DNA of 63,934 nucleotides, filler included, from Barthelona sp. PAP020 (lineage: Eukaryota), in the NCBI GenBank assembly GCA_040182905.1. It is 5 parts of 5 records of this genome, joined end to end, with 100 filler letters (N's around TTAATTAATTAA, not from the genome) between each part and the next. Parts side by side here need not be neighbours in the genome. Positions count along the whole stretch, not along the records: positions 53,149 to 63,934 come from JARQWU010000394.1; 4 more parts are not named here. The stretch is one strand, 5' to 3'. Below are positions 54,282 to 63,934 of this stretch, one piece after another. Numbering within the stretch: the first letter of the stretch is position 1; every line of letters starts with the position of its first letter. Under the pieces are notes generated by a model. The model ran no database searches, was not told the origin of the DNA, and worked only from the letters and a program-made list of their open reading frames with translations. The translations under genes were made by a program, and so were the position numbers.

Positions 54282-55254
54282 AATGTACATTTGGCTTGAG
54301 AATAACTTTGACCTTTTGTTTGTTTTTTTTATACTGACATCAGTTGAGAAACTTTGACGATTTTACAAATCATGGGAAAGTCAAAACCTCATAGTAAATT
54401 GAAATCATTCTTTTTCATTCATCAACACGAGCAGCGTTTGTTGGAAGCAAGAAATTGCCATTTCAAAGTTTGTATATCAGGCAATGAACAACAGGAAAAG
54501 CAATTATATTTAATTTAAATTTTTCTTTAATTGTTAAATAAAGCTATATTTTTGATTTTATAACTTAAATACATAACAATAGTATTTTTGAAGAAAATAT
54601 AATATCCAAAATATGCAAAAATTGAAAGTTTCCAAATTTATTTGAACAATTCCTTTTTTTCAATTTTCTTTTTTTTCATTTAAGGTATTGCTTATTTTTC
54701 ATATTTTTTGAATTATTGTGAATATTTTGCATCGATTCCAGATGTCTTACCTCCTTTTTTGGGAATTTATGGTATTATGTCTTTTAGATGCTATATTTGT
54801 AATGATGGACCAACTTTTGTTGGTAGATTGTGCCCAACACGATCGATTCCATCTACTTCTAGTCTACCCTAGGTGATGAACTTGTTCTCTTTGAACTTTG
54901 ACTTCAATTCGCCACCCGACAGGACTTGCAAGAAAAAAATGCATTTTTTTGTGTTTTTTTCCAAACTTCATCTATAGATTTACAACAGATCCTAAACCCG
55001 ACATCGATTTGATGCGCTTATGTTTTGTGATCAATACTCTGCTATAGTATATTGTTGAATAATTAGTCTATTTGACAAAAAAATCATCTTTCACGAGAAT
55101 TCACTTTTTTTTGTTTTTTTTTATTCAAACATTCTAACATTTAGTTATTTAGTACTCAGTACAGTATATTCAGTTGAATTAAGCCTCACTTTTTAAAAAG
55201 AAACAACGAGGCTTTCAATCATAACTCAAATAATAAAAAAATAGCAGTTTCTAT

Positions 55255-55890
55255 TTATCTTCTTGCCCTCAAAGCATCCAATTGAACTTTTAGTTTTTCA
55301 TTCTCCTTTTCTATTTCAACAGCTTTTGTTGTAAAAAAAGCTCGTTGTTGATTGATAAATTCCAGTCTTGATTTTTCATTAAATAAGGCTTTTTCATCTC
55401 GATTTATTTCAATAGATTGTAAAGTCACGTCTTGTTGTGAGCTGGTTCTTGTTCTATCTGAGGTTTCAGTCTTTGTTTTATGTGCATTCAATTTCTCAAT
55501 AAGAGATGGTGGGGGATATTTGAAAGTAATTTCATCAAGAACTTCATAAGTCTTCTCACCTTGCATGGGAAAATTTAAATAGGTTACAAATTCAAGAGTT
55601 TTCGGGGTATCTTTAAGATCTAATTGAATTAATATCGGAAATGTACCAAAACCTGTTTCAGAAATCTCATAAGGTGGGGTTAAACAACTTCTAACTTGAG
55701 GATCAAAAGATTCATGCAAAACAAAAGAAATTTTTTGAACCCATTTCGAAATATCTTCATCATTGTATCCTCTGACAAATACACGCCAATAATATACATG
55801 ATCTTGAGGGGCATTTTTCAATTCTTCTTCAGTTAAAAATCGAGCATAATTACCGTAAACTATTTTTTTTAAAACAGTTACATCATCCAT
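55255..55890 (-). CDS. YEATS4: YEATS-domain protein (Yaf9/GAS41-like)
   Basis: IVYGN, WRVFVRG, FVLHESF, PPYEISETGFGTF, C-terminal coiled coil. Confidence 0.88.
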   Translation of the reverse strand: MDDVTVLKKIVYGNYARFLTEEELKNAPQDHVYYWRVFVRGYNDEDISKWVQKISFVLHESFDPQVRSCLTPPYEISETGFGTFPILIQLDLKDTPKTLEFVTYLNFPMQGEKTYEVLDEITFKYPPPSLIEKLNAHKTKTETSDRTRTSSQQDVTLQSIEINRDEKALFNEKSRLEFINQQRAFFTTKAVEIEKENEKLKVQLDALRARR

Positions 55891-56187
55891 AAAAAGATAA
55901 ATTGAGTTTAATTTGCAAAAAAAAAAAAGTTTAGACCTATTTCCCAGTCTTTTTAAAAAAATAGTTGAAGTGAGCTTTTTTTTTTATATGTTTGATAAAA
56001 ATAAGGAATAAAATGAACATTATTTCAAAATTTTCCACATTTACTATTTGATAGAGACCATCTTTTTTGTTTCTGGGTTTTCAATATTTATTATTAGATT
56101 TCATTTCAATATGTAAGCTTTTGAATTTGACATAAAATTGTTTTTGAAACTTCAACATTCTTTTTCTTGTTTTTTAATTTTCGATTG

Positions 56188-56640
56188 ATGATACATTTTT
56201 TCACTATTATTAATAAGAATTCCCAAACAAGATTATCAAAACATTACAAATCTATTGATGCCAAGAGGAGGAATTCATTGGAGAACAAAGTTGCTCGTAT
56301 GTGCATGAATAGAAATTGTCAAAGCGAGTGTAACTTTTTTTTGTGTGATGATTTTAAGGTTGTTTACAGACAATACGCTTCTTTATATGTTATTGTTGGT
56401 ATTGATTATCAAGATAATGAATTTTCTATTTATGAATTAATTCACATGTTTATTTTATCTTTAGACACATATTTTAAAGATGTGAGAGAGGTGGATATAA
56501 TGAAGAATCTTGAAAAAGTTTATTTGGTTTTGGATGAAATTGTTGTTGATGGAGAAATTATAAATACAAACTCTCATGAAATAATTGATAAATTAAGAAG
56601 AATGGCACCTATGTTGCGACAGGTTAAAAAAAAAATTTGA
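56188..56640 (+). CDS. AP4S1: Adaptor complex small (sigma) chain, AP-4-like
   Basis: VYRQYASLYVIVG, NEFSIYELIH, LDTYFKDVREVDIM.NLEKV..VLDE; sigma chain is clear, AP-4 assignment less so. Confidence 0.7.
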   Translation: MIHFFTIINKNSQTRLSKHYKSIDAKRRNSLENKVARMCMNRNCQSECNFFLCDDFKVVYRQYASLYVIVGIDYQDNEFSIYELIHMFILSLDTYFKDVREVDIMKNLEKVYLVLDEIVVDGEIINTNSHEIIDKLRRMAPMLRQVKKKI

Positions 56641-56839
56641 ATAAAAATTGATAAATAAAATGTAATTTTTTTTAAACAATTAAAGTATGATTTCTGTGAA
56701 ATATAAATGTTTATCAAAGGATATTGAATAATTTAAGAAAGTTATATACAATCAATCAATAAAAGTGAACCCTTGTTTTAAAAAGGGAGTTATTTGAAAA
56801 AAAACTTTGATTTTTTTTTCCTATTGTATATGTAATTAG

Positions 56840-59800
56840 ATGCCAGAAAAGCCAAAAAGCAAACAAAACAGTGAAAGAAAAATAGCTTCTTCAAAAGAAG
56901 AGACACCAATCCATTCAAATTCTGATCAATCTGAATTAGGAAAGAATAATGGTCAAAATCAAGATTTTAGCATTTCATCTAATGCTAAATCAGTTATTTT
57001 GGATCGAAAAATAATTCAAAAACCTTCGATCAATGTTCCGAAAGAAGAAGAATTAAATGGAAGAAATTCACCCGAAATTCCAGTCGTAAAAGAAATAAAG
57101 AAAAATAAGAATTTAAAGGTTGCTCAAAAAGAAGAAATTAGGAAGTCCAAATCCAAGGATAATTTGGTCGATGGTAGGGATAATCTTGTTTCAAATGTTG
57201 AAGCTCAAGTTGAAAAAGGAAACGAAATCACCAAAGGAAAAGACGATACTGAAAAGATTGAAAATCATGAGACCCTTCCCAAAGAGGTGGTAGAGACCAA
57301 AGAGATGGTTTCTCACACAAAGCCAAGATCAGCAAAGTCGGTAAAACCATCTGAAAATGATATTGTTGGAAAGAAAACAAAACCTAAAGTTGAGGACAAA
57401 GCAGAGATTAAAAAAGAAAAGAAGAATAAAGTTGAATCAAAATCCCATGTGGAAGAAAAAGAGCCGGTTATTGTTGATACTACAAATCCCGGCAATAATT
57501 CCGTTGAGGTTGATTCTAAGGAAGAATCAATTGAAATTGATATAACTGAACAACAATCAGAACATGGGCCTTCAAATGAGTCTTCAAATGACATTGAAAT
57601 TGAACAGAATGAGTGTGAAACACATGTTGAAACATCAGATGAATCAAGGGAATTGAATGATGAGATTTCAAACGAAGATGTTGGAGATGTTAATGAGGAA
57701 GTCCATGACCAAAATGTTGAAACAAAGAGGAAACATTCTAGAGATAAATTGATAATTACAAAGGAAAGGTCAACAATTCAAAATCAAAAACCTGTCAAAC
57801 ACAGATATTTCAAGAACAAAGTTGTTGATTCACCAAAGAAAGCATATCAAAAGAAAACTGCTCATGAATCTTGGTTAAAAGAACAACATAATCATTCAGT
57901 TGAAGAATTTGATCATGTGACCAAAATAGTTACCAAGGGATTACATGGGAATGAACTTGATGAGAACGAACAAAAGATATATGATGAGTATTTGCTTCAA
58001 ATTGCTGAAATAGAGAGAAGACAAAAAGAGATTGAACATCGTGAGAAAGAAAGAAAGCGAATTCGTGAGATGCGCGTAAAGATGGCGGAATATGCTGAAG
58101 CAGAAGAGAAGTTGATGGGAAAAGCTGAAGATTTCTCGAGACAAAGAGAGCATCGTGAAGCAACAAGAGCAAGAATTAAAGCTCGTGCTGAAAAGAATAA
58201 AGGTTTGAGAAAGAAAGTTAAAAATATTGATGTTAAAGAGGTTAGTCAACGTTTGAAAGATAATTCTAACCATAAAAAATATGAAGAGATGGATAAGAGA
58301 ATTGAAAGTGCAGAAAACAGAAGATTACAAGAAGTTGCTCAAAAGAGAAAAGAATATGTTCATTTAGATGTCAATGAATTGCTTGAATTTGAAAAAAATG
58401 CCATTCAACACGAAATTATGGCAAAAAAAGAGGCACATGCTAAAGTACAAAGAGTCTTTGAAGAAAGGAAGAGTGATATGAGCTTTGATAAATCACACGC
58501 ATATGAAGTAGCTGTGAATAAAGAGACTGCAACCAGAGAACGGATCAACAAACAAAGACAAGATGCGATTCGTAAGAAACAAAAAATTAAAGCTTATCAA
58601 GCACAAACCAAACAACTACATCAGAATCTACCAAGAAAAAAAGCGTCTGATGATCATGAAATGACTTTGCCCAATATTTGCAACAATTCATCAACAGTCT
58701 CTCTTCCATACAATGATGATAAATTTCCTGAGAGTGCACCTACAACAGTTCGTTCCAATGAAGCAGAACATCATAAGTTTATACCTAAAAGCATTCTAGA
58801 AAGCATTTTATTGAAACAGAATCCTGGAGTATCTGTTGAAAATTCTCTTGTAACTGTTGATGGTGATGTTGGTATGGGACAAGAAGATAGCATAAGCGGT
58901 AACAATGGAATACCTGGTGATATGGTTGATAGTGTTGGATTGGATGATGAACCAGATTTTGGCTTTGATGGTGTTGAGGAAAAAGAAGAAATCAATGATT
59001 TTACTCAATTTGTCCCAGATGTTACCCCAGAACAATTCCCTGAAAAGTTGGACATCAAGGTAAATAGATCATCAGTGAAGTATCGAAAGAGAATAGAATC
59101 TAGCAAGTCCAAAAAGAAAACAAGGAAAGATCAGGATGAAAAAGAAACTGAAGATCAAATTGAGGATGTTGATTTCATTCCAGAACCGGATGATGCGAAT
59201 ATTGAAGAAAAAGATGTGTATTTGGACACTGAAGCACATGACAATGAGCTTGAACATCCAAATATTAATGAACCAGACTTCGAAGACAGAAACGAAAATT
59301 CAGAGTCCTATGTGACTGATTCAGTTCATGTTGAATCTTCAGAACCTAATTTTGATAGTGAAAGTTTACCCACAGAGTCAATCAATGTATCCCAGTCCAC
59401 TCAGGATGTTGAAGTGACAGATAATCTTTCAAAAGAAAGCAGACAAAGTACAAGAAATAGTGCTCGTTCTGAAAAACTTGAAAAGATAAACAGTCGCAAC
59501 AGTAATCGGGTAAAGAGTAGAGAAAGTACCAAAGAGAACAATATTGAAAGTAGACGTGGGTCTGCAAAAGCAAAACAAAGAGTTGATTCTGGAAATTCAA
59601 GAGTGAATAGTTCGAGAAAAGGTAATTCAAGAATTTCCACCAGAAATTCTGCCAGAAATGAAGTTGGTAAACCACCTAGACCCGAATCTCAGGAAAAAAA
59701 TGGTCCTTCTCATAATTCATCAGACATGGACTCTATAAGATCTAATAATGTCGATTTAATCAATAATGACAACGATTTGCAACAAAATGATGTAGTTGAA

Positions 59801-60013
59801 GATAATTTCAAGAATAGTGAGAATGTAGTTGAACAAGAGCAAAACATTCAAGATTCCCTAAAGAAGACTTCATTAGAAACTGAGGCTTATTTGGATGATC
59901 AAGCAGAAGTTGTTGAAAAACTTGCAATTGACACCAAAGATGTTGTTGATGCAGGAGAGATTCATTTACAAGATATTAAGAATTTTGTTGATCAGATACA
60001 AGAAGAAAACTAA
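56840..60013 (+). CDS. Large charged coiled-coil/disordered protein
   Basis: 1057 aa, E/K/S/N rich with central coiled coil. Confidence 0.82.
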   Translation: MPEKPKSKQNSERKIASSKEETPIHSNSDQSELGKNNGQNQDFSISSNAKSVILDRKIIQKPSINVPKEEELNGRNSPEIPVVKEIKKNKNLKVAQKEEIRKSKSKDNLVDGRDNLVSNVEAQVEKGNEITKGKDDTEKIENHETLPKEVVETKEMVSHTKPRSAKSVKPSENDIVGKKTKPKVEDKAEIKKEKKNKVESKSHVEEKEPVIVDTTNPGNNSVEVDSKEESIEIDITEQQSEHGPSNESSNDIEIEQNECETHVETSDESRELNDEISNEDVGDVNEEVHDQNVETKRKHSRDKLIITKERSTIQNQKPVKHRYFKNKVVDSPKKAYQKKTAHESWLKEQHNHSVEEFDHVTKIVTKGLHGNELDENEQKIYDEYLLQIAEIERRQKEIEHREKERKRIREMRVKMAEYAEAEEKLMGKAEDFSRQREHREATRARIKARAEKNKGLRKKVKNIDVKEVSQRLKDNSNHKKYEEMDKRIESAENRRLQEVAQKRKEYVHLDVNELLEFEKNAIQHEIMAKKEAHAKVQRVFEERKSDMSFDKSHAYEVAVNKETATRERINKQRQDAIRKKQKIKAYQAQTKQLHQNLPRKKASDDHEMTLPNICNNSSTVSLPYNDDKFPESAPTTVRSNEAEHHKFIPKSILESILLKQNPGVSVENSLVTVDGDVGMGQEDSISGNNGIPGDMVDSVGLDDEPDFGFDGVEEKEEINDFTQFVPDVTPEQFPEKLDIKVNRSSVKYRKRIESSKSKKKTRKDQDEKETEDQIEDVDFIPEPDDANIEEKDVYLDTEAHDNELEHPNINEPDFEDRNENSESYVTDSVHVESSEPNFDSESLPTESINVSQSTQDVEVTDNLSKESRQSTRNSARSEKLEKINSRNSNRVKSRESTKENNIESRRGSAKAKQRVDSGNSRVNSSRKGNSRISTRNSARNEVGKPPRPESQEKNGPSHNSSDMDSIRSNNVDLINNDNDLQQNDVVEDNFKNSENVVEQEQNIQDSLKKTSLETEAYLDDQAEVVEKLAIDTKDVVDAGEIHLQDIKNFVDQIQEEN

Positions 60014-60289
60014 ATTTGAAGTTATTTTTTTGGAAGGTCCCATTAATGCTTTTTGTTTTGGTAATAAAAGATTGTACAATTTGCCTGTTTTTTTATTTTT
60101 CTTTTTCAAACTTTCCAAAGCTTATCAAGTCTTCAATTTAATTGTTCTATGATTTTATGAAAAAGGTAATAGGAAAAGAAAAAAATGGTGGTATGCCTTT
60201 TCTTTTGTCTTTTTTCGTTGATTACATATTCTTCCACCATTAAGTGTTGAATTGTTTAAAAAAAACATCCAAGATATATTTTCTTTTTG

Positions 60290-60883
60290 AATGATGAAAA
60301 CGGAGTGAAAGAACTTGACGAAGTGTGTTTTCTGATGAAATGCAAGGTTGTGAATTTTTATCAAATAACAAACATTTTGTGTTTGATAATTATAACCAAG
60401 TGAATTTCTTTGATACTGAAACTAAAAAAGTGAATTTTTTGATTTCTTATCCTCTGTCATACCATTTCTCTTTTATAGTGATGGATATATTTACTCCCAC
60501 AAATCTACAACTTAAATAGTTTTCAGCAAATCCAAAAGCTTTATTGCAGTAGTTTTGGTTTCTTTTTTTGTTTTACCATTTCAAGTGACAAATTAAAGTT
60601 AATTTGTGGAATCTGTACGCATAATGCAATCATAATGCATTCAAGTGTACCAGAATATGACCCTTCCTGTCAGTCCCAGCTCATTGAATTATCCAAGAGG
60701 GGTGGTTGTATTTTATCAAAACTCATTGACATGAACATGAATACTCTAATTAAACAACTGGTAGCTACTGACACATGTTGAGATTTGGTTAACCAATATG
60801 AAACCAATGAAGGTAATATGCAGTCATTCATGAATGAACAAAGTGATGATAGTGATTTAAGTGATGTAAGTGACAATGATTAA
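60290..60883 (+). pseudogene. Internally deleted WD40-CWDL family pseudogene
   Basis: N-terminal remnant DENGVKELDEV/FSDEMQGCEF; C-terminal remnant QSQLIELSKRGGCILSKLIDMNMNTLIKQLVATDTC*DLV...EGNMQSFMNEQSDDSD. Confidence 0.82.
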
Positions 60884-61034
60884 CGAGTGAAATGTTTCAA
60901 CACATCATTTTCCTTTTTTGTATTTTGATTGTCACACAAAGTTTGCAGAAAAATGAGAATGTTTGACCGATTATTCACAAGTGGATTTGCACAAATTATT
61001 CTGATGATTATACGTGTTAAACAGAAGTTTAGTC

Positions 61035-61386
61035 GAATCGAAATTTGCCGATTCTTTTTTTTTTTCTCAAGGTACAGAACTTTTCCTTAACCTACTTCAA
61101 AGTTTTGACCTGCCACGGTGAATGCACGAAACCTTGCACAATTAGGATAAATTTTAAAAATATCGAAGTGTTAAGCTCTTTTGAGCAATTAGTAATGCAG
61201 GATTTCACACCCTGCATAGGGTGTAGCTCTCCTACGAGAGTATGAAAGTGTAGGTCTCAAAAAAGAGAGGTTCCTTTCAGGAACGCTGGACCCCCCAAAA
61301 GAATAAAGATTAAGGTTTATCATTTATTAATTAACTACGTTTTCCCAGTCTCTGATTTGAGTTAGTTCTGGAAAAGGTTCGTACCT
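61035..61386. mobile_element. Hairpin-rich element with imperfect subterminal inverted repeats (Helentron/HINE-like, or a structured ncRNA)
   Basis: GGTACAGAACTTTTCC (61071-61086) vs GGAAAAGGTTCGTACC (61370-61385); outer hairpin GAATCG/CGATTC + T11; several internal hairpins. Confidence 0.5.
61342..61384 (+). repeat. 43-bp direct repeat, copy 1
   Basis: 39/43 identical to 63713-63755. Confidence 0.95.
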
Positions 61387-61392
61387 GAAGAA

Positions 61393-63702
61393 ATGAATGA
61401 AAAAGCAAAAAAAGTCATTCTTCTTTTTCAAATGACAAAAACCGGAAAAATATCTTTGGAAAGCTTTCAAGAGTTACTTAAAAATTGTTTTAGTGTATGT
61501 GAACATGATTCTCCTGAAAGTTTTAACTATTTTAAAGAATTCTGCAACACTATGAGATCTAATAATTTAAATTTGATTTTTGTTGTTCTTTTTGATAAGA
61601 ACAGAAAATCTTCATTTTCTTCTGATGATATTATGTTGATTTTGGATAATATGGAAAACTTTAATGGTTTTCAGAGTGATATGAATGCAGTTAAAAATGT
61701 GATTTTTCATATGTTGGATGTAATGGTGTTTTTAGAAAAGTTTAGAATTCGAAATCAAGGAAAAAGTTCCAAACACGAAATTGCTGTCGATAGATTTTGT
61801 GCATATTTTAAAAATTATGTTTATGTGCCAATTTGTAAATGTATTGGAGCTTTCATGGAAAAACATCAAGGGGATGATGAAATCGATGACTCAGCTTTCA
61901 CTATTTGTGATATCAATATTTTTGTTAGATTTCATTTCGACTGTGATTATTTATTTACCATGTTAAGAGATGGGGGATTTTCAAATTACTCAGCTCACAT
62001 CAATAACAAAATGAAAGAATTCTCAAAAAATTTGAACAACCAAAGATGTCAAATGATAAGGTCTGAAGTGAACCTTTCAAAAAATTCCTTTATTAAACAA
62101 GATAGATATGGAAAATTGGATCGTTTAAAACAAAGAATTAACGAAATTGAACAAATGTTCATTCATACCTTTCAAAACGTGGAGAAGCCACCAAATATTT
62201 CAAATAAAGATGTGAAGATTCTACTCGATGGTGATAATGTCGAAATTGAGTTAGGTTGTGGGAGTTATGGAAATGTAGTTAAAGCAAATTATAAAGGTCG
62301 TATCGTTGCTTATAAAGAATTCGAAGATACTAAAAATTGCAATATGGAAGAGTTGATTCAAATTAGAAAAGAGTGTTATCCTGGTATTTTGAATCATACT
62401 AATATTTGCAAGATTCATGGTATCGTCACTGATAACACTGATAATGGCAAGCCTTTTGCCTATGTGATGGAATATTGTCCAGTTCCACTTGATAAGAACA
62501 TTGAAAGAATGAATCCTGTTGAAAAGGTTACCAGTGCGTTACAAATAGCGAAGGCTATTGAATTTTGTCATGATGAGGGGATTGTTCATCGAGATATCAA
62601 ACCCAATAACATGTTGATTAGAGCTGATGGGTCAACTGTGCTTTGTGATTTTGGTTTTGTTGGTGAGTATGAATCTGATAATAATGTTAGTTTTCCCGTT
62701 TTTTCTCAAAGTGATTACATGCCACCTGAAGTGTGTTCCTCTAACGAGAGTGAAAGTTGTGAGGTTTATCCCAGTATTGATTCATATGCATTTGGTGTTT
62801 CTTTTTTTGAAATAATGACTGGAAAAAGTCCTTTGCATTGGATTCAACACAACCAAAGACAAACCTACGTTGAAGAATCACACGTTAATTGGATTCCTGG
62901 TTATGAGTTCATGTTGAGATGTTTGGATGAAGATCCCAATGAGAGACCGTTACTTTGTGAGATTGTTGATTATTTGAAAGATCTTAAAGAAGAATTAACT
63001 CAATATTGTGAACAATCAAAAGGAATGTTGTTCAAAGAATATTACCATCTTAAATTCAAGGGTTTATATTTTCCTATTAATGACTTCAAAGATTTTTATT
63101 GTTTGAACCATATTCATCGCCTTTGTTATATGGGATGCATTGGAGAAGTGAAGAATTTAATTGATGAGAATGAAAAGATAGATGTTGATGTTGTTAATGA
63201 ACAAGATCCTATGGGTGGTACTCCAATTTTTTATGCTTGTGTTCAGAAAGATGTTGACCTGGTTGAATTGTTATTACAAAAGAAGGTTGACCTTACTTTA
63301 TGTTGTGATTCAATCTCTCCATTGTATATCGCTTGTTTGAATGAATGTTCTGAGATTGTTACAAAGATATTAGATTATTTTTCTGATGATGATGATGATA
63401 GGAATCTTTTATCCAAAGTTATCAATATGCAGGATGACTTAGGTAATACTCCATTATTTGTGTGTTGTTATGAAGGTAATTATGAAATTGCTGAAATGCT
63501 TGTAAATGCTGGTGCTGATTTAAATATATCCAATCATTCTGGAATATCTCCAATTGCTGTTTGTTGTCAGCGAGGGCATCATAAAATTTGGTCCATGCTC
63601 TTAAAAAAGGGTGCAACAACCGAAAATGTTTTTGTTGTTAATGATACTATACCAATCACAAAAAACACAAAAAAAATTAAATTAAGTTTTGATATTTATT
63701 AG
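61393..63702 (+). CDS. Protein kinase with N-terminal helical region and C-terminal ankyrin repeats
   Basis: LGCGSYG, VAYK, HRDIKPNN, DFG, YMPPE; GGTPIFYAC, GNTPLFVCC ankyrins; start may be the ATG at 61432. Confidence 0.93.
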   Translation: MNEKAKKVILLFQMTKTGKISLESFQELLKNCFSVCEHDSPESFNYFKEFCNTMRSNNLNLIFVVLFDKNRKSSFSSDDIMLILDNMENFNGFQSDMNAVKNVIFHMLDVMVFLEKFRIRNQGKSSKHEIAVDRFCAYFKNYVYVPICKCIGAFMEKHQGDDEIDDSAFTICDINIFVRFHFDCDYLFTMLRDGGFSNYSAHINNKMKEFSKNLNNQRCQMIRSEVNLSKNSFIKQDRYGKLDRLKQRINEIEQMFIHTFQNVEKPPNISNKDVKILLDGDNVEIELGCGSYGNVVKANYKGRIVAYKEFEDTKNCNMEELIQIRKECYPGILNHTNICKIHGIVTDNTDNGKPFAYVMEYCPVPLDKNIERMNPVEKVTSALQIAKAIEFCHDEGIVHRDIKPNNMLIRADGSTVLCDFGFVGEYESDNNVSFPVFSQSDYMPPEVCSSNESESCEVYPSIDSYAFGVSFFEIMTGKSPLHWIQHNQRQTYVEESHVNWIPGYEFMLRCLDEDPNERPLLCEIVDYLKDLKEELTQYCEQSKGMLFKEYYHLKFKGLYFPINDFKDFYCLNHIHRLCYMGCIGEVKNLIDENEKIDVDVVNEQDPMGGTPIFYACVQKDVDLVELLLQKKVDLTLCCDSISPLYIACLNECSEIVTKILDYFSDDDDDRNLLSKVINMQDDLGNTPLFVCCYEGNYEIAEMLVNAGADLNISNHSGISPIAVCCQRGHHKIWSMLLKKGATTENVFVVNDTIPITKNTKKIKLSFDIY

Positions 63703-63712
63703 TCAACTAAAA

Positions 63713-63755
63713 TTCCCAGTCTCTAATTTGGGAAAGTTCTGGAAAAGGTTCGTAC
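63713..63755 (+). repeat. 43-bp direct repeat, copy 2
   Basis: TTCCCAGTCTCTAATTTGGGAAAGTTCTGGAAAAGGTTCGTAC. Confidence 0.95.
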
Positions 63756-63789
63756 AAGAAGAAAAAAAAAATATTGTTTATATTGTTTA

Positions 63790-63933
63790 TCAAGCACTCT
63801 TTTCAAAGCCTCTTTCATCAGGACGAATCCATTTCTGAATTATCTCTTCGACTATTGCATCTATTTTCAATTTAGCTTCTTCAACTGAATTTGCTTTTGA
63901 TTCACCATACCATTTTAATTTTGGTTCTGTTCC
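63790..63933 (-). CDS. C-terminus of a phosphoglucomutase/phosphomannomutase (PGM2-like)
   Basis: Manual translation GTEPKLKWYGESKANSVEEAK...WIRPDERGFEKSA*; SGTEPK phosphate-binding loop. Confidence 0.8.
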   Translation of the reverse strand, partial: GTEPKLKWYGESKANSVEEAKLKIDAIVEEIIQKWIRPDERGFEKSA

Positions 63934-63934
63934 A

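Noticed and set aside
61035..61065. Hairpin plus T-run as a bacterial intrinsic terminator
   Set aside because: The context is eukaryotic and the stem is weak. Treated instead as part of the adjacent element.
1..63934. Alternative genetic code (stop reassignment)
   Set aside because: Conserved genes read through in the standard code and terminate at TAA, TGA and TAG.

Overview
AT-rich, gene-dense eukaryotic DNA in the standard genetic code. It most likely comes from a flagellated anaerobic protist (inference: ARL6/BBS3, a pyruvate formate-lyase C-terminus, a bacterial-type CBS-PPase, and rare 36-43 nt introns with the branch point fused to the 3' splice site as in metamonads). The window is five unrelated ~13 kb contigs joined by artificial N-TTAATTAATTAA-N spacers, so adjacency across 13345, 26552, 39895 and 53049 is meaningless. 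It holds about 35 genes or gene fragments and three tRNAs (Gly-GCC, Thr-AGT, Phe-GAA). Unexplained structure: (1) all three tRNAs have the same B-box-like 13-mer 25-28 bp downstream, followed by a co-oriented ~600 bp repeat, and a TIR-bounded MITE-like element upstream; (2) a hairpin-rich ~320 bp element with Helentron-like ends has its 43-bp end duplicated on the far side of a kinase-ankyrin gene, suggesting gene capture; (3) an expanding and decaying WD40 family carries an unrecognised conserved C-terminal domain (CWDL...NGGNM..F + acidic tail) and repeatedly lies near related kinases.
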